From contig WGLV01000039.1 in assembly GCA_016125385.1 (NCBI GenBank), positions 7,343 to 71,342 of the forward strand: 64,000 nucleotides of DNA. The letters are read 5' to 3'. Made by a program: the position numbers and the translations under genes. The notes under the pieces were generated by a model that did no database searches, had not been told where the DNA came from, and worked only from the letters and a program-made list of their open reading frames with translations. The DNA is from a bacterium (GTDB taxonomy: Bacteria; Hinthialibacterota; Hinthialibacteria; Hinthialibacterales; Hinthialibacteraceae). Shown piece by piece: positions 19,622 to 28,336 of this stretch (its first letter is position 1; every line of letters starts with the position of its first letter).

Positions 19622-20506
19622 ATGGCCGATTCGATTAACCGTAGACAAGCCCTTGGGGCTATCGCTGTTGGCGGCGCCGCGCTTAGCGCGGTTTCCAGCG
19701 TTTCCGCCGTGGAAGGAGGAGGCAAATTGAACGGACGCATCAAACAGTCGGTTTCACGCTGGTGTTATGGCGGTACGTGGCCCGACTTCAAGGAATTCTG
19801 CAAAGCCTGCGCTGACATCGGCCTTCAGGGCGTCGACCTGGTGGGGGAAGACGAAGCGAAAGTCATGAAGGAATTCGGTCTGGTTCCCTCCATGTTTACC
19901 CCGGGCGCGGGCTCGATTCCCGACGCGTGCAATGACCCCAAACTTCATGACAAACTGCTGAAGCAGTTTGAAGAAAACATCCCGAAAGCGGCCAGATACG
20001 GCGCGCCCAACGTCATCACTTTTTCAGGAAACCGCAAGGGAATGAACGATTATGACGGCATGCGGCATTGCGCCGATATCATCAATAAAGCCGTTAAAAT
20101 CGCTGAAAACGAAGGCGTTGTGATCTGTATGGAACTGCTCAACAGCAAGGTAAACCATAAAGATTATATGTGTGATCATACCGATTGGGGCGTCACTCTC
20201 GTCAAAATGGTGAACCACCCCAATTTTAAACTGTTGAACGACCTCTACCACATGCAGATCATGGAAGGCGACATTATCCGTAATATTCAGGATCATCACG
20301 CCTGCTTCAATCATTACCACACCGGCGGCGTTCCCGGCCGAAACGATCTCGACGAGACGCAGGAGATGTATTATCCCGCCATCATGCGCGCCATCGTTGA
20401 CACCGGGTACACCGGCTTCGTCGCACATGAGTTCGTCCCTCGCGCCCAGGACAAAGAGGGGGCCTTCAAAGCGCTCCAGCAGGCTGTAACTCTTTGCGAC
20501 GTGTGA
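19622..20506 (+). CDS. Tat-exported sugar phosphate isomerase/epimerase (xylose-isomerase-like TIM barrel).
   Basis: Twin-arginine signal (INRRQALGAIAVGGAALSAVSSVSA) followed by a TIM-barrel AP-endonuclease-2/xylose-isomerase-like fold with metal ligands (E in CMELLN, H in HYHTGG, E in AHEFVP). A GGGAGGA RBS precedes it. Confidence 0.85.
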   Translation: MADSINRRQALGAIAVGGAALSAVSSVSAVEGGGKLNGRIKQSVSRWCYGGTWPDFKEFCKACADIGLQGVDLVGEDEAKVMKEFGLVPSMFTPGAGSIPDACNDPKLHDKLLKQFEENIPKAARYGAPNVITFSGNRKGMNDYDGMRHCADIINKAVKIAENEGVVICMELLNSKVNHKDYMCDHTDWGVTLVKMVNHPNFKLLNDLYHMQIMEGDIIRNIQDHHACFNHYHTGGVPGRNDLDETQEMYYPAIMRAIVDTGYTGFVAHEFVPRAQDKEGAFKALQQAVTLCDV

Positions 20507-20544
20507 GATTCGCCGTCTATCAGACTGATTGCCGCACCTGAAAT

Positions 20545-20590
20545 AAAGCCCGGCGGGTAAATCCGTCGGGCTTTTCCGTTTTGAGGCGCG
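20545..20590 (+). terminator. Rho-independent terminator after the TIM-barrel gene.
   Basis: aaaGCCCGGCGGgtaaatCCGTCGGGCttttccgtttt: a GC-rich stem with one mismatch followed by a T-tract. Confidence 0.45.
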
Positions 20591-20666
20591 AGATGTGACA
20601 TTTTGCTTGTAATTCAATATATTGTCCGTATAATGCGCACTGTGCCCAATATATTGTAGGGAGGTT

Positions 20667-21284
20667 GTGTTAATGGATGAACTCCCCGTCATTCAAACGC
20701 CCGATTTGTCTGAACTATCCGCCGCGTTAAGCGAAAACCGCCCCTCGTGGGATGAATACTTCATGCTGCTTGCCAAACTGGCGGCGACGCGTTCAACCTG
20801 CTTCTCCCGGCCTGTAGGCGCCGCCATCGCCAAAGACAAGCGGCTGCTCGCCACAGGATACAACGGCGCCCCGCCCGGCGCGTGGCATTGCATCGATAAA
20901 AAGCAGTGTTACTGGCGTCAGCCTGAAAACCAGACGCCCGGCATCGAGCCGCGTGAACTGTCTCGCGCCGTCCACGCCGAGATGAACGCGATCGCTCACG
21001 CCGCGCGGAATGGCATCGCCATCGAGGGGGCGAGCATCTATGTCACCATGTCGCCCTGCGTGAACTGCTTCAAGGTATTACTCAGCGCGGGAATCAAGAG
21101 GGTGTTTTTTGAGCACATTTATGATTTCAACAACAACGGCGGCGACAAATTTCTGTTGGACTACTACAAACAATACGCCGATCTCGCTGAAGTGACTCAG
21201 TTGAAGATCGGCGCGGAAAGCCAGCGCATCTCTAACGAATTTATCAACGAAATTACCTCCAAACGCCGCCACGATCACTATTGA
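20667..21284 (+). CDS. dCMP/cytidine deaminase-family zinc enzyme (ComEB-like).
   Basis: The HAEMNAI...PCVNCFKVL zinc-binding H(A)E...PCxxC signature of the cytidine/deoxycytidylate deaminase family. Confidence 0.85.
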   Translation: MLMDELPVIQTPDLSELSAALSENRPSWDEYFMLLAKLAATRSTCFSRPVGAAIAKDKRLLATGYNGAPPGAWHCIDKKQCYWRQPENQTPGIEPRELSRAVHAEMNAIAHAARNGIAIEGASIYVTMSPCVNCFKVLLSAGIKRVFFEHIYDFNNNGGDKFLLDYYKQYADLAEVTQLKIGAESQRISNEFINEITSKRRHDHY

Positions 21285-21304
21285 GAATTGAATAACACAG
21301 GCGA

Positions 21305-21329
21305 AGGGGCGGGTCTCAGACCCGCCCCT
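21305..21329. terminator. Strong hairpin between convergent genes: an 11-bp perfect GC-rich stem with a 3-nt loop.
   Basis: AGGGGCGGGTCtcaGACCCGCCCCT. It has no clear U-tract on either side, so intrinsic-terminator function is plausible but not classic. Confidence 0.45.
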
Positions 21330-21368
21330 CGTGGTTCGATATACGGAGAGTTGGTGTAATCCGGCTGA

Positions 21369-22190
21369 TTACATTCCCTGCCAGCCTGAAATGGGCAGCG
21401 GATGATCTTCCGGCTCATGGCAGGAATTACAATCCATCTTGCTCAACACGTTGTTCTGGCCGGTCGAGCCGTGGCAGGTATTGCAGGTCGCGATGACGGC
21501 GGCCGGGCCGTTCTCCGGAACGAATGCGTTCTGGATCTGGGCGTTAATCAGTTCAGCCGCCTTGCTGGCGACGTCGGCTACCAGGCGGGCGCAGCGTTCT
21601 TTCCGTTCATTGCTCGTCACGCCGAGATTAGAGGCTTCACACCACTTGCTCACCGACGCGTGGCAGAGCGGTGAATTCGACACGCTCGTGGTCGTTGTTT
21701 CTTTCCCATCGGGGACATAGATGGGGAGCGCGGTTGTGGAGTACCAGGCCATCAGTTCGTCGATCAACGGATTCGCCGTACTGCTGGGCAACACCAGGTT
21801 GATCGCGGCGGCCGCTCCATTCAGCGTCCCGCACAACGAGCCCCAACTCACGACGCCGCCAGCGCCGTACCGCATCATATCGAGAGGAATCAGCGTAAAC
21901 GGATAGCCCTGCGTCTCGGCCAGCTGACCAACCAGCCCCTTGAACGCGCCGTAACAGCAGCCGCCTTGAGAATAAGCGGTGTAACCCATTTCCGCCGCCA
22001 TGTTCGGATCGAGTTCCGCGCAGGTCCAAGGCCATGCCGGTGCGGTGGGGTCGGCCTGGGCGGAAGCTTTTTCCGGGCTCAGCCCCGTCGCGGCGATCCC
22101 GGTGGCTGCGGCCGCTCCACCCACGATTTTGAGAAATGATCGCCTTCCTTCGAGTGTAGCAGTCATCGTCTCTTTTTTCTGTTCATCCAT
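21369..22190 (-). CDS. Tat-signal protein with an N-terminal C_GCAxxG_C_C-family (putative redox-active) domain fused to a C-terminal diheme c-type cytochrome module.
   Basis: The twin-arginine signal is GRRSFLKIVGGAAAATGIAATG. The C_GCAxxG_C_C-like motifs are WTCAE...AYSQGGCCYGAF...YGAGGVVSWGSLCGTLNGAAAAI. Two CxxCH heme-c motifs (CNTCHG and CNSCHE) sit in the last 45 residues. Confidence 0.75.
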   Translation of the reverse strand: MDEQKKETMTATLEGRRSFLKIVGGAAAATGIAATGLSPEKASAQADPTAPAWPWTCAELDPNMAAEMGYTAYSQGGCCYGAFKGLVGQLAETQGYPFTLIPLDMMRYGAGGVVSWGSLCGTLNGAAAAINLVLPSSTANPLIDELMAWYSTTALPIYVPDGKETTTTSVSNSPLCHASVSKWCEASNLGVTSNERKERCARLVADVASKAAELINAQIQNAFVPENGPAAVIATCNTCHGSTGQNNVLSKMDCNSCHEPEDHPLPISGWQGM

Positions 22191-22261
22191 GGTGCATCCT
22201 CCAGAGGGGTTTGAGTTCCGCTAACGGAGGCGATTTCTCCGGTAACGAATATATGCTTTTA

Positions 22262-22285
22262 ATTGCATAGGTTTTTGTATGCAAT
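22262..22285. promoter_or_regulatory. 8-bp perfect inverted repeat ATTGCATA-N8-TATGCAAT in an AT-rich promoter region upstream of the cytochrome-fusion gene.
   Basis: attgcataggtttttgtatgcaat lies within a ~140 bp AT-rich island (22262-22400) in GC-rich DNA. This is a candidate operator. Confidence 0.3.
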
Positions 22286-22530
22286 ATATGATCTTATCCT
22301 CATTTTGGTTAGATTACATTTTAGCCATATTCTTGATTGAATGTCTACGCATAAATGAAAAAAATGAGATTATTATGCGATTTTTTGAGAGGCGCCGCTT
22401 TGGTAGACGATTTGTCTTGCGCGGAAATATCGCCATAAATCATGTTTTTTCAGGTGGTTTCAATTTTCGTAAAATAGCATCGGGGGGGAGGGAGCGCCGC
22501 TTCACGCTGGGTCATGAAGAAGCTGAATAA

Positions 22531-22562
22531 CAAAACCGGCGTTTCGAAAACCGAAACGCCGG
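22531..22562 (-). terminator. Rho-independent terminator of the Tat-Gfo oxidoreductase gene.
   Basis: caaaaCCGGCGTTTCGaaaacCGAAACGCCGG: an 11-bp stem with a 5-nt loop. On the minus strand it is followed by a UUUUG tail, ~28 nt after the stop at 22590. Confidence 0.5.
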
Positions 22563-22589
22563 TCGTGTGAATCTCAACCAGAAAGGGAA

Positions 22590-23948
22590 TCAGATTTTGT
22601 GCATGGTCAGTTTCCACGGAGCGCGGTAATCACGCTGGAACTGTGGGCAGGCCATCGCGGCGGGTTCGTTGGTGATGATCTCGCGATCGGCGTCCCATTG
22701 CAGCTTGAGGCCGGTGCGAAACGCGATGTTGGCGAGATGGCACAACGTGGTGGTCTTGTGCATCGACTCGATATCGGAACGGGGTTTCTGGCGCGTCTTG
22801 AGACAGTCGATGAAATTCGCCTGGTGGGATTCCTTGATTTCGTTGATGGTTTCAGGCTTTTTATCGCCGAGCCGGTCGCCTTCCGGCGATACCTTCCATG
22901 AGCCGCGGTCGACGAACAACTGGCCGTTGCGGCCGATCCATTCCGAACCGTGACCTGATTCATACCCGTCCAGTCCGCGCGCATTGCCCCATCGAACTTC
23001 CCAGTGCATCACCCAGTCCTTGAACTTGAAGGTAGCGATCTGGGTGTCGGGCGTGTCGCGTCCGTCGCGGATAAAGAACAGGCCGCCGGTGGAAGAGACC
23101 TCGACCGGGTCCCAGTCTCCCATCGCCAGGCAGACGATATCCATCATATGGACGCCCCAGTCGGCGGTCTGGCCGCCGGCGAAATCAAACCACCAGCGCC
23201 AGTTCCAGTGGAAGCGATTCTCCTGAAATAGCGAGAAGGGCGCCGGTCCCAGCCAGAAGTCATAGTCGACGCCTTCGGGCGGCTGGCTGGGATAGGCGAA
23301 GCCCATGCCGTCGCTGTTGCCCAGCAGCCAGGCGCGGCAGACGGTGATCTGGCCCAGCGCGCCCGAACGAACGAAGTCGATGGCGTCCTGAAAATGCTGA
23401 ACGCTGCGCTGCCATGAGCCGATCTGTACCACGCGGTCGAATTTTTTGGCGGCGTTCACCATCGCGCGGCCTTCGACGATGTTGTGAGAGATCGGTTTTT
23501 CACAATAGATGTCGAGGCCCGCCTCGCAGGCCGCGATGAAGATCAGCGCGTGCCAGTGGTCGGGCGTGGCGATCGAGACGGCGTCGAGGTCTTTGTTCTC
23601 CAGCAGTTTGCGGAAGTCTTTATGACCGGTCAGTTGCTGGTTGTATTCAGTTTCGAACAGATTTTTAAATTTTTCGACCTCGCGCGCGTCGACGTCGGCT
23701 ACGTCGGTGAAGCGCACGCCTTCAACCTTGGCCAACTCACGGGCGTTGTGAGTTCCCATGCCGTGGACGCCGATGGCGCCAATGTTTACGCGATCATTGG
23801 CGCCGAGCACGCTTGGTGGAAACGGGCCGGCGGCCAGCGCGGCCATGCCCGCCGAGGCGGCGGCTTTGGAAAACGTGCGCCGGGAGACCGGGTTCGCGGC
23901 GGATGACGCGTTCTGACGTTTGCGGGATTCCTGATTCATAAAAGCCAT
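22590..23948 (-). CDS. Tat-exported Gfo/Idh/MocA-family oxidoreductase (periplasmic sugar dehydrogenase-like; compare Zymomonas GFOR).
   Basis: The twin-arginine signal is SRRTFSKAAASAGMAALAAGPF. The Rossmann motif is NIGAIGVHGMGTHNA. The EKP motif is DIYCEKPISHN. The C-terminal Gfo dimerisation domain is present. Start is either 23948 (ATG) or 23939; the second has better AAGGAG spacing. Confidence 0.85.
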   Translation of the reverse strand: MAFMNQESRKRQNASSAANPVSRRTFSKAAASAGMAALAAGPFPPSVLGANDRVNIGAIGVHGMGTHNARELAKVEGVRFTDVADVDAREVEKFKNLFETEYNQQLTGHKDFRKLLENKDLDAVSIATPDHWHALIFIAACEAGLDIYCEKPISHNIVEGRAMVNAAKKFDRVVQIGSWQRSVQHFQDAIDFVRSGALGQITVCRAWLLGNSDGMGFAYPSQPPEGVDYDFWLGPAPFSLFQENRFHWNWRWWFDFAGGQTADWGVHMMDIVCLAMGDWDPVEVSSTGGLFFIRDGRDTPDTQIATFKFKDWVMHWEVRWGNARGLDGYESGHGSEWIGRNGQLFVDRGSWKVSPEGDRLGDKKPETINEIKESHQANFIDCLKTRQKPRSDIESMHKTTTLCHLANIAFRTGLKLQWDADREIITNEPAAMACPQFQRDYRAPWKLTMHKI

Positions 23949-24171
23949 CTCCTTGTGTGAACCGTCTCTTGATACCGGATATCGTTATAGCAAAACCGGA
24001 CGAATGAGTGAATAGGGCGCATAACGCCTGTGATCTCATGAATGGAGTACGAATCACATCGCGGAATGGTAATGGTTGTATCGAATCCACACCGGCTTGG
24101 CCGGGCGCGGCTGTGGCTCTATAGTCAGTCAACAATGAGGCCCGCCACAGGGGCCGGAGAGGATACGGGAC

Positions 24172-24939
24172 GTGAGTTCATCGATCTTGCTCGACCGCCA
24201 ATTGTCGCGGCCGTGGGTGTTTATGGACGCGGGAGACACCTTCGTTTACGGATACCCGACTTTTTACGAGGCGGTGCGCGACTGCTGGGTCGCGCTCGAC
24301 GACGAGGTTGACGACGCCTCGATCCGCAGGGCGGCGGCGCGTTTTTTCGCCGAAAATCCCCGCACCGCACTGACCTCGCAGGAAAACTTTCAGACTTACT
24401 TCCAATCGCTTTACCGATCGGTGTTGCGTGAACTGAACTTTCCCGGCGACGTGGAGGAATTCGTTGAATTTCTATGGGCGGAGTGGGAGAGCGGCCGCCG
24501 GCTGCGCCTGTTTGACGACGCGCGCGGCGCCTTGGAGATGCTTCATCGCGCGCGCTTCAAACTGGGAATCGTCAGTAACTGGGACCTGTCGTTTGAAGGC
24601 GTGATGGAGCGGTTGGGCGTGTTGAAGTATTTCGACGTCGCGGTCTGTTCATGCCGCGTCGGCGCCGCCAAGCCCGATCCCCGCATCTTTGAATACGCGC
24701 TCGAACAGGCGGGCGCCAGCCCCAGCCAGGCTTGGTTTATTGGAGATCAGGCCGAGTACGATACCGATCCCGCCGGGGCGCTCGGCATGAAGACCGTGCT
24801 GGTCGATTATTACGGAAAAAGCAAACCGGATGAGCGCGGCCGGGCCGACGTCTTCGCGCCAAGCATCAGTCTGGCGGCGGCGTGGATTCTGCAGGACGAA
24901 CTGGGGGATTTTACGAGCGGCGCTGCTGCTGAGACATGA
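24172..24939 (+). CDS. HAD-superfamily hydrolase.
   Basis: Motif I is VFMDAGDTFVYG (DxGDT). Motif II is LGIVSNWD. Motif IV is FIGDQAEYDTDPAGA. Its 3' end overlaps the convergent coiled-coil gene by ~29 nt. Confidence 0.8.
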   Translation: MSSSILLDRQLSRPWVFMDAGDTFVYGYPTFYEAVRDCWVALDDEVDDASIRRAAARFFAENPRTALTSQENFQTYFQSLYRSVLRELNFPGDVEEFVEFLWAEWESGRRLRLFDDARGALEMLHRARFKLGIVSNWDLSFEGVMERLGVLKYFDVAVCSCRVGAAKPDPRIFEYALEQAGASPSQAWFIGDQAEYDTDPAGALGMKTVLVDYYGKSKPDERGRADVFAPSISLAAAWILQDELGDFTSGAAAET

Positions 24940-25981
24940 TCGCCATGCGCAGGCGCTTCTTTTCTTCGACGGTTTCTTCCGATTCGGGCTGGGGGGCGTC
25001 TTCCCGGGGTTTTGGGGGAGCATCCTGAGCGGGCTGTTCCGACTTCACGCCAAGCTGAACCTCCATCTGGTCAATGACCGACGTGGTTTCTTTTTCTTTC
25101 ATATTCAGGTAAGCGATTTCACGCTGGATGGCGTTGAGTTCGCTCTGGTTCTCGTTGAACTGCGCGTTGCGTTGGCCCAGCTGTTGCTCGTAAACGGTGG
25201 TTTTCTCTTTGAGACTGCGGTCGATCAATGCTTTCAGGTTATCGATCTTTTTGCGCAGGTCCTGACTTTCTTCCTGCAGAACGCCCTCGCGTTGAGCGGC
25301 CAGGTAACGATGCCAGCTCAGAATGGTCTTTTTGTGATGTTGAAGATCGAGCCTGACATGGTGGCCTTTATTGGAGTCTCCCTGCAGGCACTTGCTGATC
25401 CTGACGTATTTCGGTTTCAGGTTGGCGAGTTCGCGGGCGAGCGGCAGCGCGTCCTGCGTCTTGCCTTGCCGCTGCATATCGAGCAAGGCGCCCATTTTCG
25501 ACTCAAATTCATCCATGACGGGATTTTTTTTGCGGGTATCCGCCATGCGCGCTTCAACGTCGCGCAATTCACCGAGCGAATAGGTCAACGAACGCGCGAC
25601 TCGCACCAGCTGGGGTTCGGTGCGGTTGATTTCACCGATCGGAATGAGACCGCTGTCGCGGTATTTATCGAGGGTGCCGCGCGCCAGAGTCAGCAGGACG
25701 TTCAACTCCATCGAGAGAATGTCTGAATCGCCGCGCAGGGCGAGCTGGATGCTGCGCTTCAGGTTTTGACTCTGGTTTTCTTCGGCTTCGCCCAGATACG
25801 ATTCAGCCTCTTCGCTGGTCATCCAGCGCACCATACCGTTATCGACCACGCGAACAAGCTCCCGTGGCGATTTGCGGTTCTGCTGAGCGTATTTGTCGAC
25901 GATGTCGTCGAGCAACGTCTGCAGCCGGTCAACCGAAACGTTTTCAGGCGATGACCCGAATAAGTCTTCAAAAGAAATCAT
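24911..25981 (-). CDS. Uncharacterised coiled-coil protein, paralog 1: a globular N-domain, a long heptad-repeat region and a basic C-terminal tail.
   Basis: MISFEDLFG...VSVDRLQTLLDDIVDKY...ELVRVVDNGMVRWMTSEEAESYL...KKNPVMDEFESKMGALLDMQRQGKTQDALPLARELANLKPKY, then ~150 aa rich in K/E/Q/L. It shares conserved blocks with the downstream paralog. Confidence 0.7.
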   Translation of the reverse strand: MISFEDLFGSSPENVSVDRLQTLLDDIVDKYAQQNRKSPRELVRVVDNGMVRWMTSEEAESYLGEAEENQSQNLKRSIQLALRGDSDILSMELNVLLTLARGTLDKYRDSGLIPIGEINRTEPQLVRVARSLTYSLGELRDVEARMADTRKKNPVMDEFESKMGALLDMQRQGKTQDALPLARELANLKPKYVRISKCLQGDSNKGHHVRLDLQHHKKTILSWHRYLAAQREGVLQEESQDLRKKIDNLKALIDRSLKEKTTVYEQQLGQRNAQFNENQSELNAIQREIAYLNMKEKETTSVIDQMEVQLGVKSEQPAQDAPPKPREDAPQPESEETVEEKKRLRMAIMSQQQRRS

Positions 25982-26071
25982 GTGGCTTCCCGAGGCGATC
26001 TTATCGCTTGCCAGGATGTTTGTTTTTATTGCGAAACATCAACCACAAAGCATCAAATATCAGAACAGAAT

Positions 26072-27193
26072 CTAGCGTTTAAAGTGCATCCCGTGCCGAG
26101 GCTTCGCGGACTGGCCGTCATCGGGCGCCGCGCTGCTCTCCGGCTTTTTGGGGTTGCTCATGCGTTGCTGGTGCTTGACGTCGTCCATGCTTACTTTGAT
26201 GTCCGTCTCGCCCAGCACGTTTTCCGCGATGTGTGAAATCACTGCGTCCAGTTCGCGTTCCTGCCGCTGAATAACAGCGGTCTCTTTTTCGAGCGAATGA
26301 AGTTCGACGACTTTTTCCTTGATCTCCTGCTCGGCGCCTTCCAGATCATAGGTGCGCAGTTTGCTGATTTCGTCGTTGGCTGAATCCATGCCGCGTTCTT
26401 CCGCTTCGGCCAACTTGGATTTCACCTCGGTCAGGTTGGTCTTCAGGTCATTCAATTCAAGTTGAAGCGCGTCAATTCGTGTTGAACAAAGATCGCCCTG
26501 CGTATTCAGAATGCGTTTTTTGGTTTTCTGCAGATTGAGGCGGTGATATTGAATGGTGCGGATATCCGGCTCAATGGCGCGCGTGAGCAGAAGGTAATTC
26601 TTTTTTTTGCCGGCCAGCTCTCGCGCGAGTTTCAGCGCCTCATCCATTTGACCGTTGGATTTGGCGTTTAAAAACCGCCCCATCATGTCTTCGTATTCAT
26701 CCAGCAGCGGGTTGCGCCGCCGTTTTTCGTGTAAAATCGCTTCGCTCTCCGCGGTTTGCGCGACGCCGTCGCTGATTTCGCGCTGACGCCGGGCAAGGCT
26801 GGGTTCAATCCGGGCGAAATCCTCCGGGCTGATGGCGTCGAGTTGTTTGTACTTGCCCAAGGTATACGTCGCCAGCGCGAGCAGAATTTCCAACTCCTGC
26901 CGAATGATCCGCAGATCGGCTTTCAATGCGGATTGTACGTCATGATGTAATGAGTCGCCTTCTTCGCCGGTATCGAGAAAGTTGACGGCCTGATCCTGCG
27001 TCATCCAGACTACTTTGCCTCGATGCACGACGCGGACCAGTTGATTCGGGTTGATCTGGACACGATCGGCGATCGCGGCCATGATCTTATCGAGAAACAC
27101 TTCGACCCGGTCGAGAGAAAATGGCTGGTCTTCTCCACCTAACAGGTCGGTGAATGATATCCCAGGTATGCTGTTCAGGTCGAAGTCATTCAT
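26072..27193 (-). CDS. Uncharacterised coiled-coil protein, paralog 2 (tandem duplicate of 24911..25981).
   Basis: Blocks shared with paralog 1: FTDLLGG / FEDLFG; SLDRVEVFLDKI / SVDRLQTLLDDI; QLVRVVHRGKVVWMTQDQAVNFL; RRNPLLDEYEDMMGRFLNAKSNGQMDEALKLARELAGKKKNY. A long coiled coil follows (LQLELNDLKTNLTEVKSKLAEAEERG...). Confidence 0.7.
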   Translation of the reverse strand: MNDFDLNSIPGISFTDLLGGEDQPFSLDRVEVFLDKIMAAIADRVQINPNQLVRVVHRGKVVWMTQDQAVNFLDTGEEGDSLHHDVQSALKADLRIIRQELEILLALATYTLGKYKQLDAISPEDFARIEPSLARRQREISDGVAQTAESEAILHEKRRRNPLLDEYEDMMGRFLNAKSNGQMDEALKLARELAGKKKNYLLLTRAIEPDIRTIQYHRLNLQKTKKRILNTQGDLCSTRIDALQLELNDLKTNLTEVKSKLAEAEERGMDSANDEISKLRTYDLEGAEQEIKEKVVELHSLEKETAVIQRQERELDAVISHIAENVLGETDIKVSMDDVKHQQRMSNPKKPESSAAPDDGQSAKPRHGMHFKR

Positions 27194-27437
27194 AAAATTA
27201 CGATAGCGCCTTCCCGCTTTGATTCAGCATAGCGAAATTCACAGCGGAAACCTAGCGTTAAATTACAGGTAATCATACAGAAGCGACATAACGCTACTAT
27301 AATAAAGTGCGATACACAACCACGATTTTCAAAAATTGATTCCGCTTTATTGTAGGCGTAGGGTACATTTACAACAAGACGCAATTCCCGCGAATGACAA
27401 AAACGAGTTTCTGATTCGCAAGATCACCTTAAAAATT

Positions 27438-28193
27438 ATGATTCAAATTGAACAATTGACCAAATTTTATGGAAGCGTGAAAGCGCTTGATAATCTGAAT
27501 CTGGAAATTCACGCGGGCGAATTTTTCGGCTTTCTCGGACCGAACGGGGCGGGAAAGACCACCACCATCAAATCGATCGTGGGCTTGCTGAGACCGACTT
27601 CGGGCCGCGTTACCGTCGGCGGCATGGACGGCGACGGCATCGACGTGCAGAAAGAGCCCGAAAAAGCCAAGGCCATGATCGGGTATATTCCCGACAGCCC
27701 TTTTCTCTATGAAAAACTGACCGGGTATGAATACGTTCATTTCGTCGGCGGTTTGTACAGCGTACCGGTTAAGACGATCGACGAACACGTCCGGCGTTAT
27801 TTCGAAATGTTCGGGCTGCTTGACGCGGCCCACTCGCTGATCGAGTCATACTCGCACGGTATGAAGCAGAAAGTCGTCATGACGGGCGCCCTGGTGCATG
27901 ACCCGAAAGTGTTGATCGTGGATGAGCCGATGGTTGGGCTCGATCCGCGCAGCAGCCGGGTGGTGAAAGACCTGCTTAAGCAGAAAAGCCGCGAGGGAAT
28001 GACCATCTTTTTATCGACGCATACCCTGGACGTGGCCGAAGAGTTGTGCGACCGCATCGGCATCATTCAGAAAGGCCGCCTGATCGCGGTCGGCGGTATG
28101 GATGAATTGCGCGAACTGGCCAAAGACGAGAGCACAGACTTGCGCCTCGAATCGCTCTTCCTTAAACTGACCGGTGATGAAGTCGACGCCTGA
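27438..28193 (+). CDS. ABC transporter ATP-binding protein (ABC-2/NatA-like) with no adjacent permease gene.
   Basis: Walker A is GPNGAGKTT. The ABC signature is YSHGMKQKV. Walker B is LIVDEPMVGLD. The H-loop is LSTHTL. The track ORF starts at 27336; the conserved N-terminus MIQIEQLTKFYG begins at 27438. Confidence 0.85.
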   Translation: MIQIEQLTKFYGSVKALDNLNLEIHAGEFFGFLGPNGAGKTTTIKSIVGLLRPTSGRVTVGGMDGDGIDVQKEPEKAKAMIGYIPDSPFLYEKLTGYEYVHFVGGLYSVPVKTIDEHVRRYFEMFGLLDAAHSLIESYSHGMKQKVVMTGALVHDPKVLIVDEPMVGLDPRSSRVVKDLLKQKSREGMTIFLSTHTLDVAEELCDRIGIIQKGRLIAVGGMDELRELAKDESTDLRLESLFLKLTGDEVDA

Positions 28194-28336
28194 CGTTTGG
28201 GGCCAATTGAGAGGGAACGCCTGTATTGTTGTTGATTTGTGAGTGAAAAGCGGTCAGAATCGTTTCAACCAGGCGGACGCCGGCGATCATGCGACCGATC
28301 GCCTCGCCTCAGCGTAATCCGAAATTTTTTTATTAC

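Noticed and set aside
21330-21368. A GGTTCGAT-like motif resembling a tRNA T-loop near the 21305-21329 hairpin.
   Set aside because: No acceptor, D or anticodon stems can be formed around it. It is the tail of a terminator-like hairpin region, not a tRNA.
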